Assembly (NCBI GenBank): GCA_040397585.1
Contig: JBBAVS010000004.1
Coordinates: forward strand, 717 to 64,716
Length of the DNA: 64,000 nucleotides
Source: Pirellulales bacterium
GTDB lineage: Bacteria; Planctomycetota; Planctomycetia; Pirellulales; UBA1268
Direction: 5' to 3'
Positions 7,393-16,592 of this stretch are shown in pieces. The translations under genes and the position numbers were made by a program. A model generated the notes under the pieces. That model was not told where the DNA came from and ran no database searches. It worked only from the letters and a program-made list of their open reading frames with translations. The stretch's first letter is position 1, and each line of letters opens with the position of its first letter.

Positions 7393-8521
7393 AGCCGTCA
7401 AGCCGCCAGCCTTTCCGTCGCTCGATTCGATCGAGTCTGCGCTGTGGCCCGGAGCCGTGGTTCTCGTCTTCGCGGTCACCGCGGTGATGGTGGATGTGAT
7501 GATCATCCTCTCCACAAGGTTTCGACTCGTCGATCTGCCGAATCGCAGGAGTGCTCATGCCCTGCCGACCGCCCGCGGCGGCGGGATTGCCATCGTGATC
7601 ATGGTGTGCGTTTCGGCTCTGCTGACGGTGTTTCGCTGGCCGCAACTCGTCCCCCGCGTGCTCCTCGGCGTGATCCTGCCCGGATTGGCGATAGCAAGCG
7701 TAGGGATCGTCGACGACATCCGGCCTCTTCGTCCCTCGTTGCGGCTTGTGATTCAGGTTGCCGTTGCGGCGCTGATGACGGCCGTTCTTCAGCCCCTGCA
7801 AGGCATTCGCTTGCCGGGTATCGGAGACTTCGGCTTCGGCCCGTTCGCATGGCCGCTCACGATGATCTGGATCGTCGGCATGATCAACGCCTACAACTTC
7901 ATCGACGGCTCCGACGGAATGGCAGGGCTGGCCGGGGTGGTCGTCGGAACCTCGATGGCGGCCGTCGGATTCGAGACGGGCGCACTGGCGGCGATGCTTC
8001 TGGCTGCATTCGCGGCCGCGGCGTCCGGCGGATTTCTGGTGTTTAACTGGCAACCCGCCCGCGTGTTCATGGGCGACGTTGGCAGCGGTTTTCTCGGGCT
8101 GTTTTTTAGCGCGATTCCACTGCTGTTCACGCAGCCAACAAGCGAAACGTTCCTGCCGGCGATCCTCTGCCTTTGGCCCTACGTGTACGACACGCTCCTT
8201 TCGGTGGTGCGGCGCCTGTGGCACCGGAGGAATCCTTTCCAGCCGCATCGTGAGTTCTTGTTTCACCGCCTGATCCGCAGCGGCGTGAATCATGCAGATG
8301 CGGCATTGCTGTACGGGATCATGTCAGCATTCGGGGGCTTGCTGGGGTTCGCCATGGTCGACCCCGCCGCACCGCCGGCGCTTCGCGATGGTGCGCCGGT
8401 GCTGATCGCGGTCCTTGCCTTCATGATGACGTTTTTTATCGAGCGCCGTTGTCGCCAGGTAGGGCTGCCCTCCGCCGCCACGGCGTACTCGTCGGCCCTT
8501 CAAGAGCCGCCTTGTACGTAA
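7376..8521 (+). CDS. Polyprenyl-phosphate HexNAc-1-phosphate transferase, MraY/WecA family (glycosyl transferase family 4)
   Basis: Polytopic membrane protein with NAYNFIDGSDGMAG and VFMGDVGSGFLG motifs. Start is taken at MPGLAEA (ATG 7376), overlapping the upstream stop. Confidence 0.88.
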   Translation: MPGLAEAVKPPAFPSLDSIESALWPGAVVLVFAVTAVMVDVMIILSTRFRLVDLPNRRSAHALPTARGGGIAIVIMVCVSALLTVFRWPQLVPRVLLGVILPGLAIASVGIVDDIRPLRPSLRLVIQVAVAALMTAVLQPLQGIRLPGIGDFGFGPFAWPLTMIWIVGMINAYNFIDGSDGMAGLAGVVVGTSMAAVGFETGALAAMLLAAFAAAASGGFLVFNWQPARVFMGDVGSGFLGLFFSAIPLLFTQPTSETFLPAILCLWPYVYDTLLSVVRRLWHRRNPFQPHREFLFHRLIRSGVNHADAALLYGIMSAFGGLLGFAMVDPAAPPALRDGAPVLIAVLAFMMTFFIERRCRQVGLPSAATAYSSALQEPPCT

Positions 8522-9135
8522 CGAGTCTCAAGCGAGTGTTCGATGTTGCGGGAGCCACGGTGTTGCTGGTGGCGCTGGCGCCTCTCATGGTCGGCGTGGC
8601 GCTCGTCGTATGGCTGGTTCATGGGCGACCCGTTTTGTTTCGTGACGAGCGGGCTGGGCTTAACGGCGAGCGGATCGGCGTGACCAAGTTTCGATCAATG
8701 CGATCGCCTTCAGAGACTGCAGCAGGGTCATGCACGGACGAAGAACGCCTGACGCCGCTGGGCAGATTCCTGCGTCGCACGAGCCTCGACGAACTCCCCC
8801 AGTTGTTCAGCGTCATCCGGGGTGACATGAGCCTCGTCGGGCCGCGTCCGTTGCCGATGCGATATGTGTCCCGATACACGCCGCGGCAGGCGACGCGCCT
8901 GCGGGTTCGCCCCGGTTTGACGGGCTGGGCGCAGATTCACGGCCGCAACTCGCTCGCATGGCCAGAGCGTCTGGAATACGACGCCCAATACGTGGAAATG
9001 GCAAACCGCTGGTGGTCGCCGCTGCTCGACCTTTGGATCATCGCGGCGACCGTCGTTCAGGTGATTTGGCAGGCGGTCACGGGAAGGGGTGTTTCGTCTC
9101 CGGGGTATGCCACCATGCAGGAGTTCGCCCCGTGA
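8449..9135 (+). CDS. Small monotopic phosphoglycosyl transferase (bacterial sugar transferase, PglC/WbaP C-terminal type); start uncertain
   Basis: KRVFDVAGATVLLVALAPLMVGVALVVWL membrane hairpin, KFRSM, and DELPQLFSVIRGDMSLVGPRPL. Confidence 0.88.
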   Translation: MSPGRAALRRHGVLVGPSRAALYVTSLKRVFDVAGATVLLVALAPLMVGVALVVWLVHGRPVLFRDERAGLNGERIGVTKFRSMRSPSETAAGSCTDEERLTPLGRFLRRTSLDELPQLFSVIRGDMSLVGPRPLPMRYVSRYTPRQATRLRVRPGLTGWAQIHGRNSLAWPERLEYDAQYVEMANRWWSPLLDLWIIAATVVQVIWQAVTGRGVSSPGYATMQEFAP

Positions 9136-9392
9136 GCGAGTCCGTGCCTGCCGCGATCGCCGCCGCCATTCGCACGGTGCTCCACGACACCGGCCGCAAT
9201 GCGAAGTCCATCGAACCCGAGATGCTTCTGGCGTCCGACCTGGGTCTCGACTCGCTCGATCTCGCCCAGACGATCGTGCTTCTCGAACGGTCGCTGGGAG
9301 TTGATCCGTTCCGTTCCGGGGGCGGCACGCGTCCGGTCATTCGCACGTTCGCGGATCTCGTGGCGATCTACACGGAGGCACTGGGCCGGTGA
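9132..9392 (+). CDS. Acyl carrier protein
   Basis: 86 aa. GTG start in a GTGA overlap with the upstream stop. DLGLDSLDLAQ phosphopantetheine-attachment context. Confidence 0.8.
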   Translation: MSESVPAAIAAAIRTVLHDTGRNAKSIEPEMLLASDLGLDSLDLAQTIVLLERSLGVDPFRSGGGTRPVIRTFADLVAIYTEALGR

Positions 9393-10756
9393 CGTCAGGC
9401 ATCGACATTTCTCGAATCCACCGAGAGCCGGCTCCGGAGCGGCTCGCCCTGGCGATCGACGAGGTCGCACGGCAGTCTCCCGAACTGGTGGCCGTGGTGA
9501 CCGGGGCCGGAGGTTCGCAGCGCCGGGCCACCACGTTTGTCGAGCTCGCCGGCAAGGTAGCTGCGATCGAGGCAGGCCTGAAGTCCGCGGCACCCTCCGG
9601 CGTGATCGTGCGGTGTCGCGCGGTCGATGCGATCGTCGCCGTGGCGGCGGCATCTGGCCGTCAGGGTGTTCCAGTCGCGTTGCTCGCCGACGACGCTCGT
9701 GATCTGGTCGGCGACCTGAGCGGTTGGCTCGTAATCGACGACGCGCTGTCCATGTCGCCGGCCACACCCGGGTGCGGTTTGGATCGCGACGATGTGCCGC
9801 ACGTCGTGGTGGCCACGTCTGGCACGAGCGGCCCGCCGAAACTTGTCCAGCGAACGTGGGACGCCGTTCTGGCTGCCGCTCGGCTTGCTGAGCAGTGGCA
9901 GGGGCTCGGCTGGCTTCTGGCTTACGACGCCACCCGGTGGGCAGGTATCCAGGTGTGGGTGCAGTCGCTGCTCACGGGCGGTCGGCTGGTCGTTCCGGCA
10001 TCACGCGATCCCGACGTCGTGGCTCAGGCGATCGTGAACGAAGAGGTCGCGATTCTCCCGGCCACGCCCACGCTTCTGCGGCGGCTGATCGCCTCGGCGG
10101 ATCCGGCGGTCCTGTCGCAGGCGGTGGCGCAGCGGATCACACTGGGCGGCGAGGCGGCTGATGGCCCGCTTCTCGAGCAGACCAGGGCGACGTTTCCCGG
10201 GGCGAAGATCACGCACGTCTATGCCACCACGGAGCTCGGAGAGGTCTTTCGCGTGGCCGACGGTCGTCCCGGTTTTCCGGCGAGCTGGTTGGGTCGCGAG
10301 CTCCCTGGGGGCTCGCGGCTTTCCACGCGGCGCGACGGCGAGTTGTTGGTGCAGCTATCTCGCGACACCGCCGAGGTTGCCACGGGCGACGTGGTCGAAC
10401 GCCGGGGCGACCGCTTCGAATTTACGGGCCGTCGCAGCGACGTGATCGTCGTGGGCGGGGCCAAGGTGTTTCCGAAGCGCGTCGAAGAGGTTCTGCGCGG
10501 CGTGCCGGGAGTGATCGAGGCCCGGGTATATGGACAGCCAAGTGCGATCACGGGAGAACTCGTGGCCGCGGAGATCGTGCTGGCGAGCCCGCTTCCCGAT
10601 GGCACGAGCCCCGAGAGCATTCGCGCCGCAGTATTGGCATCATGCCGCGAGTCGCTCGAGCCACACGGAGTGCCAAGGATTCTTGACATCGTGAAGCGCA
10701 TCGTCACCACATCAGCAGGCAAAACCTCCCGCCGCCCCGCCGCCTCCGCCCCATGA
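9389..10756 (+). CDS. AMP-dependent (adenylate-forming) ligase, acyl-ACP/CoA synthetase-like
   Basis: AMP-binding core VVATSGTSGPPKLV, plus YATTELGE and a terminal GKTSRR. GTGA overlap with the ACP gene. Confidence 0.85.
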   Translation: MTSGIDISRIHREPAPERLALAIDEVARQSPELVAVVTGAGGSQRRATTFVELAGKVAAIEAGLKSAAPSGVIVRCRAVDAIVAVAAASGRQGVPVALLADDARDLVGDLSGWLVIDDALSMSPATPGCGLDRDDVPHVVVATSGTSGPPKLVQRTWDAVLAAARLAEQWQGLGWLLAYDATRWAGIQVWVQSLLTGGRLVVPASRDPDVVAQAIVNEEVAILPATPTLLRRLIASADPAVLSQAVAQRITLGGEAADGPLLEQTRATFPGAKITHVYATTELGEVFRVADGRPGFPASWLGRELPGGSRLSTRRDGELLVQLSRDTAEVATGDVVERRGDRFEFTGRRSDVIVVGGAKVFPKRVEEVLRGVPGVIEARVYGQPSAITGELVAAEIVLASPLPDGTSPESIRAAVLASCRESLEPHGVPRILDIVKRIVTTSAGKTSRRPAASAP

Positions 10757-10765
10757 AAAAAGAAA

Positions 10766-10806
10766 GTGGGTGCAGGTTTACGTGGGTGCAGGTTTTCAAC
10801 CTGCAC
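10766..10806. repeat. GCAGGTT/AACCTGC palindrome with an upstream duplicated half-site, just after the ligase stop codon
   Basis: gtgggtgcaggttta at 10766-10780 is repeated at 10782-10796. The perfect palindrome gtgcaggtt-ttc-aacctgcac lies at 10786-10806. Confidence 0.85.
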
Positions 10807-10900
10807 ATCCCCCACCCCATCGTCCTCCCTCACCGCCCTCCCGCAAACACCGCCCCGCCCTCTCCCCGCCTCCCGTGTCCCCGTCCCCCGTCTCCGTGAT
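10801..10900 (+). promoter_or_regulatory. C-rich, G-poor intercistronic tract (candidate rut-like Rho loading site)
   Basis: Hand count over 10801-10900 gives about 60 C versus about 13 G on the coding strand. The tract lies between the ligase stop and the likely SDR start. Confidence 0.3.
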
Positions 10901-11606
10901 CTCTGGTGGCTCTCGTGGCCTGGGGTTTGCGATCGTTGAATCGCTCCTCGCCCGCGGCAACCGCGTCGCCACGTTCTCGCGATCCGGTTCCCCTGCCCTC
11001 GAAGCCCTCGTCAACGCCCATCCCGATCTCCTTTACGTGCGCCTGGCGGATGCGGCGAGTTTGGCTGCGATTCGCGAGTTCGTGGCTGGCGTGGCAGCGA
11101 GGTTTGGCCGGATCGACCACTGCATTGCAAACGCCGCGATTGCCCATGAGGGTGTGCTCGCCACCATGCGAGACGACGAGATCGAGTCGATGGTCGCGGT
11201 GAACCTCACCGGTTCGATCGTGTTCGTCCGCGAGTGCGTGCGGCAGATGCTGATCGGCGCTGACTGCGATCGCTCGGTGACGCTGATCTCGTCGGTTGTC
11301 GCTGCGAACGGGTCGCCGGGCTTGTCCGTCTATGCGGCCACGAAGGCGGCCCTCGAGGGCTTTGCAGTCAGTCTTGCCCGCGAACTCGGGCCGCGCGGAA
11401 TCCGGGTGAACGCGATCGCCCCTGGATTTCTCGAGACGGAACTCTCCGCTTCGCTATCGCAGGACAACCGCGACCGCGTCGCTCGGCGCTCTTCAGTTGG
11501 GAGGATTGGCTCGGCCAATGACGTGATCGGACCGGTCGCTTTTCTTACGGGCTGCACCTCGGCATTCATTACTGGTCAGGTCGTGGGGGTGAACGGTGGT
11601 GCGTGA
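10875..11606 (+). CDS. Short-chain dehydrogenase/reductase, FabG-like (3-oxoacyl-ACP reductase type)
   Basis: VISGGSRGLGFAIVESLLARG Rossmann motif, NAAI, and catalytic YAATKAAL (YxxxK). Start is set at in-frame GTG 10875; GTG 10896 is also possible. The track ORF from 10770 runs through the palindrome and the Pro-rich tract. Confidence 0.82.
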   Translation: MSPSPVSVISGGSRGLGFAIVESLLARGNRVATFSRSGSPALEALVNAHPDLLYVRLADAASLAAIREFVAGVAARFGRIDHCIANAAIAHEGVLATMRDDEIESMVAVNLTGSIVFVRECVRQMLIGADCDRSVTLISSVVAANGSPGLSVYAATKAALEGFAVSLARELGPRGIRVNAIAPGFLETELSASLSQDNRDRVARRSSVGRIGSANDVIGPVAFLTGCTSAFITGQVVGVNGGA

Positions 11607-12285
11607 CACGCCGTCGCCGACTTTTCGGGCATCTCGATGCGAGCGCATCCTTATCGTTGGTGCCGGCGGCTTTGGTCGCGAAGTGTTGCAGTGGGCGCTG
11701 CATGCGTGGCCCGATGAGGCCCACAAGATCGCAGGATTCCTATCGGACGACCCCGAGGCACTCGCTGGGCAAAACTCCCAGTTCTCAATCATCGGCCCGG
11801 CAGCAGGTTATGAGCCCGCGTCGGGCGATGGTTTGGTGCTGGCGATCGGTATCCCGGGGATCCGGCGTCGCGTTGCGGAGATGCTGGTTGACCGCGGGGC
11901 GAACTTTCTTTCGCTCGTCCACCCCACGGCAATCGTCGCTAAGTCCGCGGTGGTGGGCAATGGAACGATCCTGTGCCCCTACACGATCGTGAGCGACAAC
12001 TGCCGACTCGGGCGGTTTGTGCTGATGAACTACCACTCGTCGGTGGGGCATGACGCGTCGGCGGCTGACTTCGGTGTGTTTTCGCCCTACGCCACGCTGG
12101 GAGGCGGGGCCGCGGTTGGCGAAGATGTTTTCCTCGGCTTGCACGCATCCGTAGGACCGCACGTGTCACTCGGGGACCGCTGCAAGGTGAGCGCGGGGTC
12201 TGCCGCGCTGGCGACCGCACCCGCCGACGTGGTAATCTGGGGTTCACCGGGGCGGCATCGCCGTCGGGTGGAGATCGCTCCTTAG
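11596..12285 (+). CDS. NeuD/PglD-family left-handed beta-helix sugar N-acyltransferase
   Basis: N-terminal Rossmann-like ILIVGAGGFGREVLQWA, followed by hexapeptide repeats (VVGNGTILCPYTIVSDNCRLGRFVLMNYHSSVGHD...). Confidence 0.8.
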   Translation: MVRDTPSPTFRASRCERILIVGAGGFGREVLQWALHAWPDEAHKIAGFLSDDPEALAGQNSQFSIIGPAAGYEPASGDGLVLAIGIPGIRRRVAEMLVDRGANFLSLVHPTAIVAKSAVVGNGTILCPYTIVSDNCRLGRFVLMNYHSSVGHDASAADFGVFSPYATLGGGAAVGEDVFLGLHASVGPHVSLGDRCKVSAGSAALATAPADVVIWGSPGRHRRRVEIAP

Positions 12286-12297
12286 CGCTTAGTTGTC

Positions 12298-13872
12298 ATG
12301 AGCACTATCGCTACTCCTTCGGTACCACATCCGCTCCTAACTGGCCCGGCAGCGATCGCCGGCAATCGCGCACCCGACGTTGTGCGCCAGCCACAGGTCT
12401 CTCTCAGGTCGAGTGATCTTGCCAGCCTTTTAGCGCTTGGGATCTTGGCAATAGGGTTTGTCGAACCGTACGCCTGCACGCGTCTTCAGATCCTGTTGAC
12501 GATCATCCTGGTTCTCCACCGGAGCCCGCTTTGGCTTCCCGCGTTGATCCTGATGCAGTTCACGCCCACCGACTTCAAGGGGGGCTATGGCGCGACGATG
12601 GACGTGCAATACGAGCGATTCGAAGGGCTCACAGTCTACGTGTTCGGATTCCCGCTCACCCCGAATTTCACGCTCGTGCTTTCGATGGTGGCTCGGGCAG
12701 CGTATGACATCATCACCTGGCCGGGCCGATTCCGCAGAGTGGTGTCGCCCTGGCTTTTGCTCCCGATTCTCATTGCCTCCGTCATCAGCAGCTACAACAG
12801 CGTATTTCTCGGGTTATTCGAGCGCGTCCCGGGATGGTCCGCTCCCTTGCGGACGGCGCTCGGCAGCCTCGCTCTGTGGTATGGCGTCTCCATCGCGACG
12901 GATTGGCCCGTCTACAAGGCGGTGATGCTCCGTCGCGTCAACCTGATCGCCGCGGCGTTCGTCTTGTCGGCGTTCTTCTTTCCAATGAACAACGTTCAAT
13001 ACTGCTTTCTGATTCCATTCGGTAGTGCATGTGCCATCGGTGTGCTCGCAGCAAAAGACATGCAGTTTCCCGCAGCGAAATCGCTCGCAATTGGATCGCT
13101 GACGATGAGCGCCTTGAACTACGTCGTGGGAACAAAGGCGTCGGAGGCGGTCATCGAGGCCACCAAGCGGTCATCCGGTGGCGTCGTGTCGCAGACCACC
13201 AACACGGTCATGGCCGGTGCGCCGATCGCCCTCATGCTGATCAGACCGCGAATCGTGTCGCCGAGTCATCTACGAATCGCATCGGTCGTGGCAACGATCG
13301 GTTTCGCGATTTACGTCTCTCTGCCGTTTTACTTGGCGAGCCTCAACAAGGATGTCGAGGTCAGAGCCAATACCGCCCAGACGTTCTATGAGCGGGCAGT
13401 GTACAAGCTTTTTTTCGAACGCGCTGCGATCTGGCGGGGCAAGATCAAGCTGATCTCCGCCCCGCCGTATGTTTTTGTGCCGCCGTCTCGCGAGTCCACA
13501 TGGGTTACGGCCGATGGACGTGAGCGGCGCTGGCGCGTGTCAGCCCACAACATGGTCTTGGAGCACTTGACAAGCGAAGGGTTGCTTTGCGGAGCCATCA
13601 ATCTCCTCATTGTGTTCGTGGGAGTGGTCGCGGCCGTCCGGGTCTGGCTGGCGCGGCCCGACACTTTCTCCGGCGTGCTTGCCACGACATACATCATCGG
13701 CATGATGTGGAACGGCTTCGGTTTGGGGAATTGCGTTGACAGTGCTGCTAGTTTCCTCCTCCTCACGACCGCCGGCGCGTGCTGCATTGCAGCGGCCGGG
13801 CCTGCCAGCGGACCAACGCTCGCGCTGAATGCGAATCGGCGCGGAGGCTCTCCGGCCATTGCGGCGTCGTGA
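12298..13872 (+). CDS. Polytopic membrane protein, candidate O-antigen/EPS polymerase (Wzy-like)
   Basis: At least 10 hydrophobic segments, no soluble-domain motifs, and placement inside the glycan locus. The functional call is by context only. Confidence 0.45.
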   Translation: MSTIATPSVPHPLLTGPAAIAGNRAPDVVRQPQVSLRSSDLASLLALGILAIGFVEPYACTRLQILLTIILVLHRSPLWLPALILMQFTPTDFKGGYGATMDVQYERFEGLTVYVFGFPLTPNFTLVLSMVARAAYDIITWPGRFRRVVSPWLLLPILIASVISSYNSVFLGLFERVPGWSAPLRTALGSLALWYGVSIATDWPVYKAVMLRRVNLIAAAFVLSAFFFPMNNVQYCFLIPFGSACAIGVLAAKDMQFPAAKSLAIGSLTMSALNYVVGTKASEAVIEATKRSSGGVVSQTTNTVMAGAPIALMLIRPRIVSPSHLRIASVVATIGFAIYVSLPFYLASLNKDVEVRANTAQTFYERAVYKLFFERAAIWRGKIKLISAPPYVFVPPSRESTWVTADGRERRWRVSAHNMVLEHLTSEGLLCGAINLLIVFVGVVAAVRVWLARPDTFSGVLATTYIIGMMWNGFGLGNCVDSAASFLLLTTAGACCIAAAGPASGPTLALNANRRGGSPAIAAS

Positions 13873-15047
13873 CGAAGCTATCTCGACGCTCAGAATCCCC
13901 CCCCCGTGTGCTGATCGTTCATCCGGCCATGGCGCCCTACCGCCTCGATCTCTTTAACTCGCTGCACGACACGCTTTCAGTGCGGGTCCTTTTTGCGCAA
14001 CCGCTCCCGGGCTACGACGCCAACCTTGATCGACGGGCCCTCCAGGATGCGTTTCGGTGCGAACACACCTTGCTCTCAGAACACAACGCTCCCTCCTTGA
14101 TGGCGATCGCGCGGCGAATGTGCTCGGAGATAAGCCGCTTGCGTCCCGACGTGCTCGTTACCCATGAGTTCTCCCAGGCAAGTGCCCTGGCCGCAGCGAT
14201 CGTCCGTTTCCGAGGCCGCCGCCTCCGCCACGTTGTCTGGACCACGAAGAATCCACACGAGATCGCTGCTACCCGCGGCATCCGCCTCGCGGCGATGCGC
14301 TGGCTGGCGCGCACCGCAGCCGCGGTCATGACCTACTCTGCAGAGGCTGCGGATCGACTCGCCAGCGTCGCGCACATGTCCCGCGACCGCTTCTTCGTCT
14401 GCGCGAATCACCAGGATCCCGTCCGGCTGCGTGGGTTGGCGGCGGAATCACTTCCGGCGGTGCTCGCCGAATGTCAGCGGCTCGATATTCTGCGCCGTAG
14501 CGCCGTGGTCGTCGTCTCTCGGCTCGCCGAGGAGAAAAACATCTCCGCGACGATCGCGGCCTTTCAGCAGGCGTTTGCCGACGACGACGACGTGTGTCTC
14601 GTGATTATCGGCGAGGGCCCGCTGCGCGTCGCTCTCGAGGATGCTGCGGCCGCGGGACCGGGTCGGGAGCGAATCCACTTTCTTGGACAGCGGGCGTCGC
14701 CTGCCGTGCAGGCTTGGCTCGCCGTGGCCTCGCTTTCGGTGTTGGCGAGCACGCGCGAGCCATACGGCGCAGTCGTCGGCGAGTCGTTGATTCAAGGCAC
14801 GCCGGTTTTATGTTCGGAAGCGGCTGGCGCTGCGTCACTCATCGACTCGCCATCGAAGGGCGCAGTGTTCTCGCCCGAACGGGTTGATCTGCTTGCCGCG
14901 CTGCTCCAAGCCTATCGGCCTGCCTTCGCCCCGATCGAGCAACTGGTCGCCAAGGCGAAGCCGCGGATCCCAGCCCCGACGGTCGCTGATGACGTCGCTG
15001 GGTTCGTGGCCGCAGTGTCGTATGCCGCGGGAGGTCGCCATGGCTGA
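13869..15047 (+). CDS. Glycosyltransferase family 1 (GT-B)
   Basis: VVVSRLAEEKN and the ASTREPYGAVVGESLIQGTPVL (EX7E) motif. GTGA overlap with the upstream gene. Confidence 0.82.
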   Translation: MTKLSRRSESPPRVLIVHPAMAPYRLDLFNSLHDTLSVRVLFAQPLPGYDANLDRRALQDAFRCEHTLLSEHNAPSLMAIARRMCSEISRLRPDVLVTHEFSQASALAAAIVRFRGRRLRHVVWTTKNPHEIAATRGIRLAAMRWLARTAAAVMTYSAEAADRLASVAHMSRDRFFVCANHQDPVRLRGLAAESLPAVLAECQRLDILRRSAVVVVSRLAEEKNISATIAAFQQAFADDDDVCLVIIGEGPLRVALEDAAAAGPGRERIHFLGQRASPAVQAWLAVASLSVLASTREPYGAVVGESLIQGTPVLCSEAAGAASLIDSPSKGAVFSPERVDLLAALLQAYRPAFAPIEQLVAKAKPRIPAPTVADDVAGFVAAVSYAAGGRHG

Positions 15048-15774
15048 AGCAGCCGTCTCCCGTTCGGAGCCGAAGGAAGCCTTCCCATACCGTCCGCCCA
15101 GCGACGAGTTGCGTCGTCGCTATGCGGAGATTTTCGCAATCGACAGTCCGCTGCCGCTGCGGGTTGGGAAGGTTCTCTTTGACAAGGTGGCGGCCGGCTT
15201 GATCCTCCTGGTGGCATCGCCAGTTCTGCTGCTCATCAAGGTGGCCTACACCATTGAGGGCTGGCTGATCCCGGAAAACGCCGGGCCTATGTTTTTCCAC
15301 TACAACGCCATGAGCGCAGGCCGCGTGATTCCAAAGTACAAGATCCGGCTCATCAAGCGAAAGTATATCGACGCCGAAGGCGCTGCCCGCGGGGATTGGC
15401 ACGCCTTCCAGGCCGAGTGGACGCCTAGCAGCCGCACCCACACCGGCCACTTCGTCAAGAAGTATTATCTCGACGAGTTGCCCCAGTTTTTCAGCGTACT
15501 CAAGGGTGACATGAGCCTCGTTGGGCCACGGCCGCTGGCCGTGCATCATTACGAGCGCGACCTCGCCCAGGGCAATGTGTCCCGGAAACTCCTCAAGGGC
15601 GGGATCCTCGGCATGGGCCACATCCGCAAGGGCACGAGCGAGATGGGCGACCCGTCGTTCGAATACGAATACATCGACCACTACATTCACTATCCCTGGT
15701 GGCGGCTGCTCGCGCTTGACCTGTGGATCATCTGGCGGGGCATTCGCGTGGTGCTCCAGGGGAAGGGACTCTGA
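15040..15774 (+). CDS. Phosphoglycosyl transferase (bacterial sugar transferase family), second copy
   Basis: KVLFDKVAAGLILLVASPVLLLI membrane hairpin and DELPQFFSVLKGDMSLVGPRPL. It carries an insert relative to the 8449 paralog. Confidence 0.85.
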   Translation: MAEAAVSRSEPKEAFPYRPPSDELRRRYAEIFAIDSPLPLRVGKVLFDKVAAGLILLVASPVLLLIKVAYTIEGWLIPENAGPMFFHYNAMSAGRVIPKYKIRLIKRKYIDAEGAARGDWHAFQAEWTPSSRTHTGHFVKKYYLDELPQFFSVLKGDMSLVGPRPLAVHHYERDLAQGNVSRKLLKGGILGMGHIRKGTSEMGDPSFEYEYIDHYIHYPWWRLLALDLWIIWRGIRVVLQGKGL

Positions 15775-16577
15775 CTTCCGCCCCCACTCGTTCGGCCAGC
15801 GGCGGCGGCATCGCAGCCTCCCGCGACACTCGGCCCGTCCTCGGCGTTTTCATCGACGTCGTCGACTGGAATTCGGCCGTGGACCGGATCATGGCCTGGG
15901 GTCGCGAGCGACGTGGTCGGGCGGTGTACCTGTGTAATGTGCACGTGGCGGTCACTGCGAGCCGCGATCCCGCCCTGGCTGCAGCGCTTCAAGCCGGCGA
16001 TCTCGTCCTTCCCGATGGCGCGCCCGTGGCCTGGATGCAGCGCAGGCAGGGGGCAGTGGGCCAGTCCCGCATCGACGGGCCTAACCTCATGGCCCAACTT
16101 CTGGCGGCCGCGGAACGCGACGCCCTGCCGATCTATTTGCTCGGAGGGTCGCCAACCGCCCTCGCCGCCTTGGAAAAGCAACTCGCGAACAGGTTTCCGA
16201 GGCTCCAGATCGCCGGCTCCTGTTCTCCTCCGTATCGCGAACCTACCCCCGAGGAAAATCAGCGGATGGTGGCGGCCGTCAATGACAGTCACGCAGGGCT
16301 CGTGTTCGTCGGTCTCGGCTGCCCCAAGCAGGAACTCTGGATCGCCCGCCACACGGCAGCAGTGCGTGCCGTCATGCTCGGCGTGGGGGCGGCATTCGAC
16401 TTCCATGCGAAGCTCAAGCCACGGGCGCCCGAGTGGATGCAGCGAAGAGGCCTCGAATGGGTGCACCGCCTTTGCAGCGAGCCGCGCCGTCTCTGGAAGC
16501 GGTATGTTTTCACGAACTCGGTGTTCGTGGTCCGCGCCATCTGGCAACTCACGATTGGTCGCGGCCTCGTCTCGTAA
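15723..16577 (+). CDS. WecG/TagA/CpsF-family glycosyltransferase (GT26); start uncertain
   Basis: VLGVFIDVVDWNSAV, DLVLPDGAPVAW, GPNLM, IYLLGG, and LVFVGLGCPKQELW. Confidence 0.85.
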   Translation: MDHLAGHSRGAPGEGTLTSAPTRSASGGGIAASRDTRPVLGVFIDVVDWNSAVDRIMAWGRERRGRAVYLCNVHVAVTASRDPALAAALQAGDLVLPDGAPVAWMQRRQGAVGQSRIDGPNLMAQLLAAAERDALPIYLLGGSPTALAALEKQLANRFPRLQIAGSCSPPYREPTPEENQRMVAAVNDSHAGLVFVGLGCPKQELWIARHTAAVRAVMLGVGAAFDFHAKLKPRAPEWMQRRGLEWVHRLCSEPRRLWKRYVFTNSVFVVRAIWQLTIGRGLVS

Positions 16578-16592
16578 GGGAGCATTCTTCGT

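Noticed and set aside
10770-10874. Pro-rich N-terminal extension of the SDR gene (MQVYVGAGFQPAHPPPHRPPSPPSRKH...)
   Set aside because: It runs through a palindromic repeat and a C-rich tract. SDRs normally start a few residues before the GGxxGxG loop, and in-frame GTGs at 10875 and 10896 fit better. It is kept as an alternative in the rut-like finding.
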